The notes below the pieces were generated by a model. The model saw only the letters and a program-made list of their open reading frames with translations. It was not told the origin of the DNA and searched no databases. A stretch of DNA of 64,000 nt from a bacterium (GTDB taxonomy: Bacteria > Pseudomonadota > Alphaproteobacteria > Rs-D84 > CACZYB01), in NCBI GenBank assembly GCA_014803575.1, contig JAAVBO010000022.1, forward strand, positions 4,138 to 68,137, written 5' to 3'. Made by a program: the position numbers and the translations under genes. Below are positions 20,734-29,020 of the stretch, one piece after another. The stretch's first letter is position 1; every line of letters begins with the position of its first letter.

Positions 20734-21297
20734 TTGATGAATAATTTTACAATGGTGGATTTGTGTTCTAAGGCTTTGAATAAAATAGGAGCAAGTGAAA
20801 TAGTTTCTTTTGACGAAGGAACACCAGAGGCGGAATTTTCAAGAAGTATATATCCTGTATTAAAGCATAAGTTATTATCATCATTTCCATGGAGTTTTGC
20901 AACGGAAATTAAAAGGCTTAATAAGATTGTTATTGAAGATGTGGAAGCAGAATTTTCTAATTGTTATTTGCTTCCGTCTGATTTTATAAGGGCAGTGAAA
21001 ATTTCATCAAAACTTCCATATAAGATTATTGGGGATAAATTATTTACCGATGCGACAGGTGTTATACTTACTTATATATCTGATGTTGATGAATGTAGGT
21101 TTTCATCTGCTTTTGTATCGGCATTTATTTATGCTATTGCAGCAGAATTATCGGTTTCGCTTTTGGATGATGTGACTAAATTTAATTTATTATACCGACT
21201 TTATACTTCTGAATTAAGGGAAGCAAGATTTTTAGACAGTATGCAGGAAAGTCCAAAAAAGTTTAATGACTTTTCTTTGATTGATGTGAGGTTTTAA
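20734..21297 (+). CDS. T7 gp11-like tail tubular protein A
   Basis: Size (187 aa), position after capsid, N-terminal ...KALNKIGASEIVSFDEG...WSF... resembles gp11 ...NDILASIGEPPVSTLEGD...WTF. Confidence 0.65.
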   Translation: MMNNFTMVDLCSKALNKIGASEIVSFDEGTPEAEFSRSIYPVLKHKLLSSFPWSFATEIKRLNKIVIEDVEAEFSNCYLLPSDFIRAVKISSKLPYKIIGDKLFTDATGVILTYISDVDECRFSSAFVSAFIYAIAAELSVSLLDDVTKFNLLYRLYTSELREARFLDSMQESPKKFNDFSLIDVRF

Positions 21298-21304
21298 GAG
21301 AGGA

Positions 21305-23218
21305 GTGAATATGTATAAACAAGTGATTTCTAATACTAACTTTTCCTATGGTGAAATTTCCCCTTATTTATTTGGAAGAGGAGATATTGAGGCATATAAA
21401 TCCGGAGCAATGACTATTTCGAATATGACAGTTATTCCTACCGGCGGAATAAAAAGAAGAGATGGAACTAAGTTTATATCTCAGTTGTCGGGTGTAGGAA
21501 AATTGTTGGTTTTTGAATATTCTTCGGACAAAGTATTTCTTTTGTGTTTTACTGATAAAATATTGTATATTTATGATAGCGATAATAATTTGGTCGCATC
21601 TTTGTATTCTCCGTTTAGTTTGGAACAACTTTCTAATATAAGATGGTCACAGAAAGGTAATCTTCTTTTTATTGTGCATAAGGATATTTTTCCTAAGATT
21701 TTAAAATATATTCCGTCTGGCAATATTTGGAAGTTTGAAGATTGGGTGTTTGATAAAAATCCGGAAACCGGAGCTTCGTATCAGCCGTTTGCAAAATTTG
21801 ATGATACAGAAGAAATTTCTCTTACTCCATCAAATTTGACCGGAGAGATAGAGTTGGAAGCTTCGGACGAATTTTTTGATGTTTCTTATGTCGGAACAAA
21901 AATTAAAATAAATGGTGGTGAAGTTTTGATTACAGAGTTTATTTCTTTTGTGAAAGTTAAGGCTTTGGTTATTATTGAATTAGAAGGTACGGAAGCTTCT
22001 TATTTTTGGCAAGAACAGGCATTTTCTTGCAGGCGAGGTTATCCTAAAACTATTACATTTCATCAAAACAGATTGGTTATAGGGGCATCAAAATCTTTAC
22101 CTAATAGATTGTGGTTTTCCAAAACTGGAAATTATTTTAATTTTGATTTAGGTGAAGGTCTTGATGATGAAGCGATAGAGTTTGATATGTTATCGGATAA
22201 AGTTAATGAAATTGTTTGTGTGTTTTCAGGACGGCATTTGCAGGTTTTTACATCTGATTCCGAATGGATGGTTTCCGGATTGCCTTTGACACCATCATCA
22301 TTATCCGTAAAACAACAAACAAAAATCGGTTCTGTTTCGGATAGATTTATCTCTCCTAAATTAATAGAAGGTTCAACTGTATTTGTTGCAAAAAATAATA
22401 AGGAAATCAGAGAATTTTTCTATGGTGATATTACTGAAAATTATTCATCCGAAGATTTGATTTTACTTTCTAACCATTTGATGAATAAACCGAAAGAATT
22501 GGATTATGATATTAAAAAAAGATTGCTTTATGTTTTACAAAGTGACGGAACTGTTTCTGTTTTACTTTTGAATAAAACAAGTGGTATTAATGCTTGGTTT
22601 AAATATGAAACTTGCGGAGAATTTATTTCTTTGTGTGTATTTTTAAATAATTTATATGTTATTGTAAAACGTGAAAATGACTATTTTTTAGAAGTATTTA
22701 CGGAAGATATTTTTACTGATAGTTCGTTGGTATTTAAATCTAAAAATAAAACAAATAAAATAGTTGGAATTTCCCATTTGAATAATAAAGTTGTCAGTGT
22801 TAATGCCGATAATTATGTTTTTGATGTAAAAGTTTTAAATGGGGAAATTAATTTACCGATTGAGGCGGAAAATATTTTTATCGGACTTCCTTATACACAT
22901 ATTTTGTGTCCGTTACCATTTTTGATAGGTGGTGTTAGGGCGCCTAAGGTTGTTAGGTTGTTTGATTTGTCTTTTCGTGTTATGGATACACCTTTATTGC
23001 AAATAGATACCGGTGATGGTTTAAGAAATATTACCTGTCGTAATTTTGACAGGGAAGATAATATTGATAATCCAATAAAAATTTTTAGCGGGGATGTTCA
23101 TATAAAGGCAAAAGGTTTGTTAAGAAATTTTAATGTTCCGTTATGGAAACTTCAAAGTTCAAAACCTTATAATGTTAATATTTTAAATGTTTCTGCTACT
23201 GTTGGTAGCGTAAAATAA
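21305..23218 (+). CDS. T7 gp12-like tail tubular protein B
   Basis: QNRLVIGASKSLPNRLWFSKTGNYFNFDLGEGLDDEAIEF ~ T7 gp12 FRNRLGFLSGENIILSRTAKYFNFYPASIANLSDDDPIDV; follows gp11-like gene. Confidence 0.75.
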   Translation: MNMYKQVISNTNFSYGEISPYLFGRGDIEAYKSGAMTISNMTVIPTGGIKRRDGTKFISQLSGVGKLLVFEYSSDKVFLLCFTDKILYIYDSDNNLVASLYSPFSLEQLSNIRWSQKGNLLFIVHKDIFPKILKYIPSGNIWKFEDWVFDKNPETGASYQPFAKFDDTEEISLTPSNLTGEIELEASDEFFDVSYVGTKIKINGGEVLITEFISFVKVKALVIIELEGTEASYFWQEQAFSCRRGYPKTITFHQNRLVIGASKSLPNRLWFSKTGNYFNFDLGEGLDDEAIEFDMLSDKVNEIVCVFSGRHLQVFTSDSEWMVSGLPLTPSSLSVKQQTKIGSVSDRFISPKLIEGSTVFVAKNNKEIREFFYGDITENYSSEDLILLSNHLMNKPKELDYDIKKRLLYVLQSDGTVSVLLLNKTSGINAWFKYETCGEFISLCVFLNNLYVIVKRENDYFLEVFTEDIFTDSSLVFKSKNKTNKIVGISHLNNKVVSVNADNYVFDVKVLNGEINLPIEAENIFIGLPYTHILCPLPFLIGGVRAPKVVRLFDLSFRVMDTPLLQIDTGDGLRNITCRNFDREDNIDNPIKIFSGDVHIKAKGLLRNFNVPLWKLQSSKPYNVNILNVSATVGSVK

Positions 23219-23236
23219 TATTGAAAGGAGTTTTAA

Positions 23237-23707
23237 ATGGGTAATGTTGCTAATACTGTGAGTGCTGTGACATCGGCAGTTGGAGTTGTTGATAATATTG
23301 TTAGCTATAAAAACAATAAAGATAAACAAAAGGAAGAAAATAGAATATTAGAAGAAGAAAAGCGAATAAAAGAAGAGCAGATTGATGTAAAAAAACAACA
23401 ATATAAAGAAGAAAAAACAAATTTGTTGAAGGTGAAGCTTGCTTCTCAAAGGGCTAAATTGGGTGCTAACGGAATTAATGCAACTTCCGGCTCTTCTGTG
23501 GCATATCTTTCTAATTTAGAAAAGAATGTTGATGAAGAAATTGCAAAAAATGATTATTTCGCTGATTTGAATCTGCAAAATGAAAATAATATTTATAATT
23601 ATAAAAAGAAAGTTAATTTATTAAATTCATCAAAAAATAATTATAATGTTTTTTCTGATACTTTGAAGTCAACTACACAGCTTTTTTCTTCGTTATGGAA
23701 AATTTAA
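23237..23707 (+). CDS. coiled-coil phage-module protein (possible gp13-like internal/assembly protein)
   Basis: Position after gp12-like gene, size 156 aa, charged coiled-coil; no motif-level match. Confidence 0.3.
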   Translation: MGNVANTVSAVTSAVGVVDNIVSYKNNKDKQKEENRILEEEKRIKEEQIDVKKQQYKEEKTNLLKVKLASQRAKLGANGINATSGSSVAYLSNLEKNVDEEIAKNDYFADLNLQNENNIYNYKKKVNLLNSSKNNYNVFSDTLKSTTQLFSSLWKI

Positions 23708-23718
23708 AAGGGTAATTT

Positions 23719-24441
23719 ATGATGAATGATATTATTGAATATTCCTATATTTGTGATGGGAAACAAACTGTTTTTGAATATTTATTTGAAACTTTTTCTG
23801 TTCCATTTGTGAAAATTTATCTTGATGGAGAATTGATTGAAAAAGGTTTTACAGTTTATCCGTTTAATGATAAATGTGGTGGAAAGGTTGTGTTTGAATA
23901 TCCTCCATTAGCCGGTAAAAAATTAACTGTTTTAAGAGAATTGAATTTTTCCAGAGTTTGTGATTTTCAAACTGGCGGTGTTTTTAGGGCAGAGGATTTA
24001 AATTATGAAATGAATTATAATATTGCTTGTCTTAATCAGTTAGATAAAATATTGAAGAAATCTATAAAACTTTCCCGCTTTGATAACAAAGAAGTAAATC
24101 CTGTTTTGCCTCCGGCAAAGGCAGGTCATGCAATTGTATGGAACGAGAAGGGAAATGGATTTTCGAATTTAGATATTAATATAACCGAACAAGTAAACTT
24201 TGTTGAAGATTGCTTGAATTCGGTGGAAAATTTATATAATGATTTGACTGAGATTATTACAAACAGTCTTGATGTCGGTATTTTGGGACTTTTTCATAAT
24301 TTGTTGGGTCTTATCAGAGGATATCATCCCGATGCCTTTGAAGATTTTAAGTTAATTTCATCTGATTCGGATAAAATTTTTGATTATGGTTTGGTTAGTG
24401 ATACTCAAAACATTAATGTGAAAAATAATGGTAAATTGTAA
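23719..24441 (+). CDS. T7 gp17-like tail fibre, N-terminal adaptor domain only
   Basis: EYSYICDGKQTVFEYLFETFSVPFVKIYLDG ~ gp17 TYQLDGSNRDFNIPFEYLARKFVVVTLIG; FRAEDLNYEMN ~ LRAYDLNVAQI; 240 aa vs ~550 aa fibre, no distal domain. Confidence 0.55.
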   Translation: MMNDIIEYSYICDGKQTVFEYLFETFSVPFVKIYLDGELIEKGFTVYPFNDKCGGKVVFEYPPLAGKKLTVLRELNFSRVCDFQTGGVFRAEDLNYEMNYNIACLNQLDKILKKSIKLSRFDNKEVNPVLPPAKAGHAIVWNEKGNGFSNLDINITEQVNFVEDCLNSVENLYNDLTEIITNSLDVGILGLFHNLLGLIRGYHPDAFEDFKLISSDSDKIFDYGLVSDTQNINVKNNGKL

Positions 24442-25042
24442 AAAAAATACAAAAGTCAGTTTTTTAGAATTTTTGAAAATATGGTGTGATGTGCAAGGTA
24501 TTTCTTTGCCTTTGCACCATAAAAAAATTGCTCAGTGGTTGGAAGAGATTTTTTATTCTGATAAAAAAAAGGGGTTGTTATTAGCGTTCAGAAGTAGTGG
24601 GAAGTCTACTGTCGTTGGACTTTTTTGTTCATGGCTTTTGTATATTAACCCGAATGTCAGGATTTTGGTTTTGGCGGCGGATACGGTGCTTGCAAAAAAA
24701 ATGGTGCGAAATATAAAAAGGATAGTGGAGATTCATCCTATGTTAGAGGATATTAAACCCAAGAAAAAGCAAGAGTGGGCTTCGGGAAGTTTTACTGTGG
24801 AGCGAGATTTGGCACTTCGTGATCCATCTGTGATGGCGGTTGGACTTCTTTGCAATTCGACTGGAAGCAGGGCAGATGTTATTATTTGCGATGATGTGGA
24901 GGTGCCGAAGAACTGTGATACTTATCAAAAACGGTGTGATTTGAGGGAAAAATTATTGGAGTTGAATTTTATTTTGGTGCCTAATGGAATGCAGATTTTT
25001 ATAGGGACACCACATACTTTTGATACCATTTACAAGGTTTAA
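24428..25042 (+). CDS. T7 gp19-like large terminase, N-terminal ATPase half (stand-alone ORF)
   Basis: Walker A LAFRSSGKST, GSRADVIICDDVEVP ~ T7 GSRADIIIADDVEIP, IGTPHTFDTIYKV ~ LGTPQTEMTLYK; stops immediately after this motif. Confidence 0.8.
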   Translation: MVNCKKNTKVSFLEFLKIWCDVQGISLPLHHKKIAQWLEEIFYSDKKKGLLLAFRSSGKSTVVGLFCSWLLYINPNVRILVLAADTVLAKKMVRNIKRIVEIHPMLEDIKPKKKQEWASGSFTVERDLALRDPSVMAVGLLCNSTGSRADVIICDDVEVPKNCDTYQKRCDLREKLLELNFILVPNGMQIFIGTPHTFDTIYKV

Positions 25043-25096
25043 ACAGTTGATTTTTTGCCCTCTTTTATACAGAAAATATTTTTTTTCAAATAATTA

Positions 25097-25124
25097 TTGA
25101 CAAAGTAAAATATGTTTGTATAAT
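25097..25124 (+). promoter_or_regulatory. consensus sigma70 promoter (TTGACA-16-TATAAT) driving repeat array
   Basis: Perfect -35 and -10 hexamers seen in sequence. Confidence 0.6.
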
Positions 25125-25197
25125 GGAGGTAGTTTAGTTAGTTAAAAAAGAATTTGCCGGGACGACCCCTCATTTCGGCAAATCTGGTGAAAGCCAG

Positions 25198-25500
25198 TAA
25201 ATTCCCCTAAGTCATTCCCTCCTTATTTTCTCTCTCCTCGACTTAGGGGATAAATTTTTACCGAGAATTCCGAGTAATCTCACAAAGGCGAACTAAAATT
25301 TTCTACTAACCCCGTAGAAAATTAAGTTCTTGTTTGTTCGGTTTCTCTCTCCTCGACTTAGGGGATAAATTTTTACCGAGAATTCCGAGTATAGCAAACC
25401 AGATATCCTAAACTTCTCGCTAAAACCGCTCGTCGTTAAGGATAACTTCGTTTGCTATTCTCTCTTCTCGACTTAGGGGATAAATTTTTATTGATATTTC
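25198..25500 (+). repeat. tandem array: 48-nt direct repeat x3 (third degenerate) with 66-67-nt structured spacers
   Basis: tctctctcctcgacttaggggataaatttttaccgagaattccgagta at 25229-25276, 25344-25391, degenerate at 25459-~25494; first repeat closes an 11-bp stem with 25203-25213 around a CT-rich loop. Confidence 0.8.
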
Positions 25501-25555
25501 TATCTTTATTTAATATTATTTGTAATAATTTAATACAAATAAGAAAGGTGAAAAA

Positions 25556-26215
25556 ATGAAACTCAGCACAGTTGAAAAAATCTATATTATTGAATTTTTG
25601 GGTAGGTATGTTTTGCCTGAATATATGCCTCAAGATTTAAAAAAACAAAGAAGACTCATAACTATGCAGGATGATCTTTCCGGAATTATTAAAGAAAAAA
25701 CCAAAGATAAAAATGAAATAAAGAGAATGATAAAAACTTATATTGAAGACTCTTTACGCTTTTATGTTGAAAGTTTTAATATATCAATGGAAGAGGTGTA
25801 TAATATAGATATAGATGGTGTATTTCCTTCTACTGAAAAAAACATTGTATCAGTAGAAAAAAGTGATTTAGGCAGATATGAAGTTTCAAGACATTTTGGT
25901 GTTATAACAACTGATGAAATAAAGGCTACTTATATTGGTGGCGCAGGAAACTTTTTATATAATGGTAAAAGGGGTATTAGTATTCCAAATTATGTATTTG
26001 ATGATATTAAGGAAGGAAAGAATAATAAATATTTTAAACTATATAATACGGAAGTATATAATCCACCTTATTATAGTCAACATTATTTAGTTGAACCATA
26101 TCGTATACCAAATAATGGATATGTTGAGTTGCCGATAGAGCCTATTCCTTATGATAAAAATTTTGTTGATAGGGAAGTTAATTTAATTTATAAAGCTCGT
26201 GAAAATCAAAGATAG
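25556..26215 (+). CDS. hypothetical protein (219 aa)
   Basis: RBS aaggtg; no recognisable motif; own terminator. Confidence 0.5.
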   Translation: MKLSTVEKIYIIEFLGRYVLPEYMPQDLKKQRRLITMQDDLSGIIKEKTKDKNEIKRMIKTYIEDSLRFYVESFNISMEEVYNIDIDGVFPSTEKNIVSVEKSDLGRYEVSRHFGVITTDEIKATYIGGAGNFLYNGKRGISIPNYVFDDIKEGKNNKYFKLYNTEVYNPPYYSQHYLVEPYRIPNNGYVELPIEPIPYDKNFVDREVNLIYKARENQR

Positions 26216-26221
26216 TAAAAT

Positions 26222-26246
26222 TCCCCTTGGTTTTAGGGGATTTTTT
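26222..26246 (+). terminator. Rho-independent terminator
   Basis: tcccc-ttggtttt-agggga hairpin + T6. Confidence 0.6.
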
Positions 26247-26575
26247 ATGGGAGATTAATTTTTTTGATTTTTTATTTGAAATTTTTGTTTTAAATTGCTA
26301 AAAATAAAACTGTATTTTAAAAGATTTGCGAATCGGTTTAATTTTTTTATAAAAAAGAATCGATTCTTTTGTGTTTTTTAAGATTTTATTGTTTAGACAA
26401 TCTAATTTTTAAAAAGAATCTTTAAAATTTTAATATGTTGTTTTTACAGCATTATTTTCTATTTTTGTGTACTTTAAAAGTTGTCAAAAAAAGAATCGCT
26501 TGACTTTTTTTGTCGAATGTTTTAAGAATCGTTGTATGAAGCGAATAGAAATTGTTTCTGTGAAACTTCAAACCT

Positions 26576-26818
26576 ATTCCCTGTTGCGTTCCTTTTCTCT
26601 CCTTTCCTCCTTCTCTCCTCGCAACGGGGAATTTTTTTGTGCTGATGGAATATTACGGACAGATAGCCTTCGTTAATGTCTAACTTACAGTTTTTTGGTG
26701 GAGATTTTGTGTCGGGTGGGCGTTGACCCAAACAAGCAATCCTAAGCTTCTCACTAATATCGTTCGTCGCTAAGGATAGCTGGGTTTGTGTTCTCCTCGC
26801 AACGGGGAATTTTTTTTG
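26576..26818 (+). repeat. paralogous structured-repeat array (two units) with long terminator-like hairpin
   Basis: 13-bp stem attccctgttgcg/cgcaacggggaat around 31-nt CT-rich loop + T7 (26576-26638); second unit 26732-26818 homologous to spacer-2/repeat-3 of first array. Confidence 0.75.
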
Positions 26819-27028
26819 TGCCTATGGGTATTGCTGACAGAGAGCTTTTAGATAGTAAAAATATTTATAAAGATTTATAAAAGTAGGTCCATATGTGCCC
26901 GCCCCAAGGGGGATAGACCAAAGAGTATCGGCTTTGATGACTGATGAAGGTGTGAAATTCAAAATAATCCTTGAAAGTTTTCTGTGTTTCAGTTTATACT
27001 TCAAAATATAAAAAACGAAAGGTCTATT

Positions 27029-27805
27029 ATGAATAATGTAAATGCGAATACCAATACTGAAAAAGAAGAAATTAAATATTTGACCCTTGATGATATAGAT
27101 AAAATGTATGAAGAGGCGGAACCTGCGGATTGGGGTTTCCCAGAGAACTATAGTGCTGTAGCTTCTAATAGATATCAAAATTTAACAACTTATGTAAAAC
27201 TTACTAAAATAGAGATAGAACGATTACCTGCTGATCATGCTAAGCTTCTTTTAGATTTTTATAATTTGTTTGATGAAAATGAACCTTATAAAGATAAGGA
27301 AGGTACTCCATATAGGGATAATTTATTAAATGATTTATATTATAATATATATGATGACGATTATGCACCTCTGTTTTCATCATCTAATGGAAAAAAAATC
27401 TATAGACACGATATTAAGTATGTAGAAAAGAACTGGAATAATCGTGTTGTAAAGGTTACTAAAATAGGAACAGAAGAAATACCAGTATTAGATAAAAATC
27501 AAAAGATAGAGAAATTGAAAAAATCCTTTGATATATTCAAAAGATTAAAAGAAAGGGATTTAGTTCTTGCCAGTATGTATGATAGAATAGTTAAGGAGGG
27601 GAGGGACTACTTGACATACCATGATTATCTTGGAAATTTTAATACACATTGTATGCTATTAGACGAAGGACGTTTACTTGATTATATAAGATATTTTTTT
27701 GCTAAAGCTAATTGGCGTGGTGCTTTATTTATACAGAACAAATTTCCAAATGTAAAAGTCACGGAAAATATGATGGCACAGTATTTGGAATATAAAGGAA
27801 GGTAA
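27029..27805 (+). CDS. hypothetical protein (258 aa)
   Basis: ATG 27029 with RBS gaaagg preferred over GTG 26984 of ORF track; no recognisable motif. Confidence 0.5.
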   Translation: MNNVNANTNTEKEEIKYLTLDDIDKMYEEAEPADWGFPENYSAVASNRYQNLTTYVKLTKIEIERLPADHAKLLLDFYNLFDENEPYKDKEGTPYRDNLLNDLYYNIYDDDYAPLFSSSNGKKIYRHDIKYVEKNWNNRVVKVTKIGTEEIPVLDKNQKIEKLKKSFDIFKRLKERDLVLASMYDRIVKEGRDYLTYHDYLGNFNTHCMLLDEGRLLDYIRYFFAKANWRGALFIQNKFPNVKVTENMMAQYLEYKGR

Positions 27806-27811
27806 TAAAAT

Positions 27812-27836
27812 CCCCTCTTTTGAGGGGTTGTTTTTT
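27812..27836 (+). terminator. Rho-independent terminator
   Basis: cccctc-tttt-gagggg hairpin + T-run. Confidence 0.55.
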
Positions 27837-27838
27837 AT

Positions 27839-28795
27839 ATGATATTTATGTATAATAATACTATGAATGAAGAGTATTTTAATATTGCCGGTTTTACAAA
27901 GTATCCAACGAATATATATAATTCGGAGCCGGAGAATGGTTATGCTCAAGGGGTGAATGAATGTAAGATTCCGGAGGCCTTGGTTTATTATGGCTTAGAT
28001 TCTGATACCCAATTTATGAAGTTATTTAATCCTGTATGGTATAGTGTTTTGAAGAGTTGTAAATTGCAGGCTGTTGTTTATAGTATATCAAATTATTTAT
28101 TTGATAACAGTCTTTCTCCTTTGTGGAATAAGTTTGAAAGAAATGTTGTTGATATGTTGCCGGCTGTGATAATTCTTTGCGGTTGGCAAAGGCATATTGA
28201 AAATATGAAAAAGAAAAAATTTGATATAACTCAGATTGAATTTAACAGGCAAGAGATACGAAATACTTTGACAAAGGGTATGCGAGTTTATGGGAAATCC
28301 GGTATGCTTATATCCGGAATGATATGGGCGAGTATATTATTGAATGCGAATCTTGTACAGTTAGGATGTTTACAATATGAAATAAAGAAAGCAAATAATC
28401 AATATGTGTGTGATGAAATATCTATTGGAGATATGATTGTTGCGATACATATTCCTGCCGGAGCTTTGTTTACTCCTGATGCAGTAGAGAAATCCATTAC
28501 AATGGCAAAGGAGTATTTTGGAGATAAGGTTTCGTTTATATGTAATTCTTGGTTATTGGGTGAACAGTTGGGTACTTGTCTAAAATCTGACAGTAATATT
28601 TTTAATTTTCGAAGGTATTTTAGTATAATTAAAACGGAAGATTCTGAATCTGTTTATAATTTTTTATTTAATAATGCGGATGATAATCCTAATATATCTG
28701 ATTTAGCGGAGGGAACATCTTTGCAAAAGTCAGTTAAAAAGGCTATGTTATCAGGTATTCATTTTTATGATGCGATTGGGATTTTGAAATGTTAA
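27839..28795 (+). CDS. hypothetical protein (318 aa)
   Basis: No recognisable motif; start uncertain. Confidence 0.45.
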   Translation: MIFMYNNTMNEEYFNIAGFTKYPTNIYNSEPENGYAQGVNECKIPEALVYYGLDSDTQFMKLFNPVWYSVLKSCKLQAVVYSISNYLFDNSLSPLWNKFERNVVDMLPAVIILCGWQRHIENMKKKKFDITQIEFNRQEIRNTLTKGMRVYGKSGMLISGMIWASILLNANLVQLGCLQYEIKKANNQYVCDEISIGDMIVAIHIPAGALFTPDAVEKSITMAKEYFGDKVSFICNSWLLGEQLGTCLKSDSNIFNFRRYFSIIKTEDSESVYNFLFNNADDNPNISDLAEGTSLQKSVKKAMLSGIHFYDAIGILKC

Positions 28796-28908
28796 GACTT
28801 ATATTTGGTTTAGATATAAAATAGGAGGCCGAAAAATATTTCTTTTTGCTTAAAATAAAAAAAAAGGTTGCCTTTTTGTAAAATATAGGTTATAAATCTA
28901 TCATCTTT

Positions 28909-28984
28909 GGCTAGGTAGCTCAGTCGGTAGAGCAAAGGACTGAAAATCCTTGTGTCGGCGGTTCGATTCCGCCCCTCGCCACCA
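28909..28984 (+). tRNA. tRNA-Phe (GAA)
   Basis: Cloverleaf by hand: anticodon loop cuGAAaa, T-arm ggcgg/ttcgatt/ccgcc, encoded CCA. Confidence 0.85.
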
Positions 28985-28995
28985 TAAAAGGTCAG

Positions 28996-29018
28996 ACTCT
29001 CGTTTTCGGGAGTTTTTT
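28996..29018 (+). terminator. terminator after tRNA-Phe
   Basis: actctcg-tttt-cgggagt hairpin + T6. Confidence 0.55.
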
Positions 29019-29020
29019 AT

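Noticed and set aside
25198-25500. CRISPR array call for the 48-nt repeat / 66-nt spacer arrays (and 26576-26818)
   Set aside because: Repeats (48 nt) and spacers (66-67 nt) are outside typical CRISPR sizes, there are only 2-3 units, and no cas genes are in the window. The spacers are themselves structured and homologous between the two arrays, so they were not acquired from foreign DNA.
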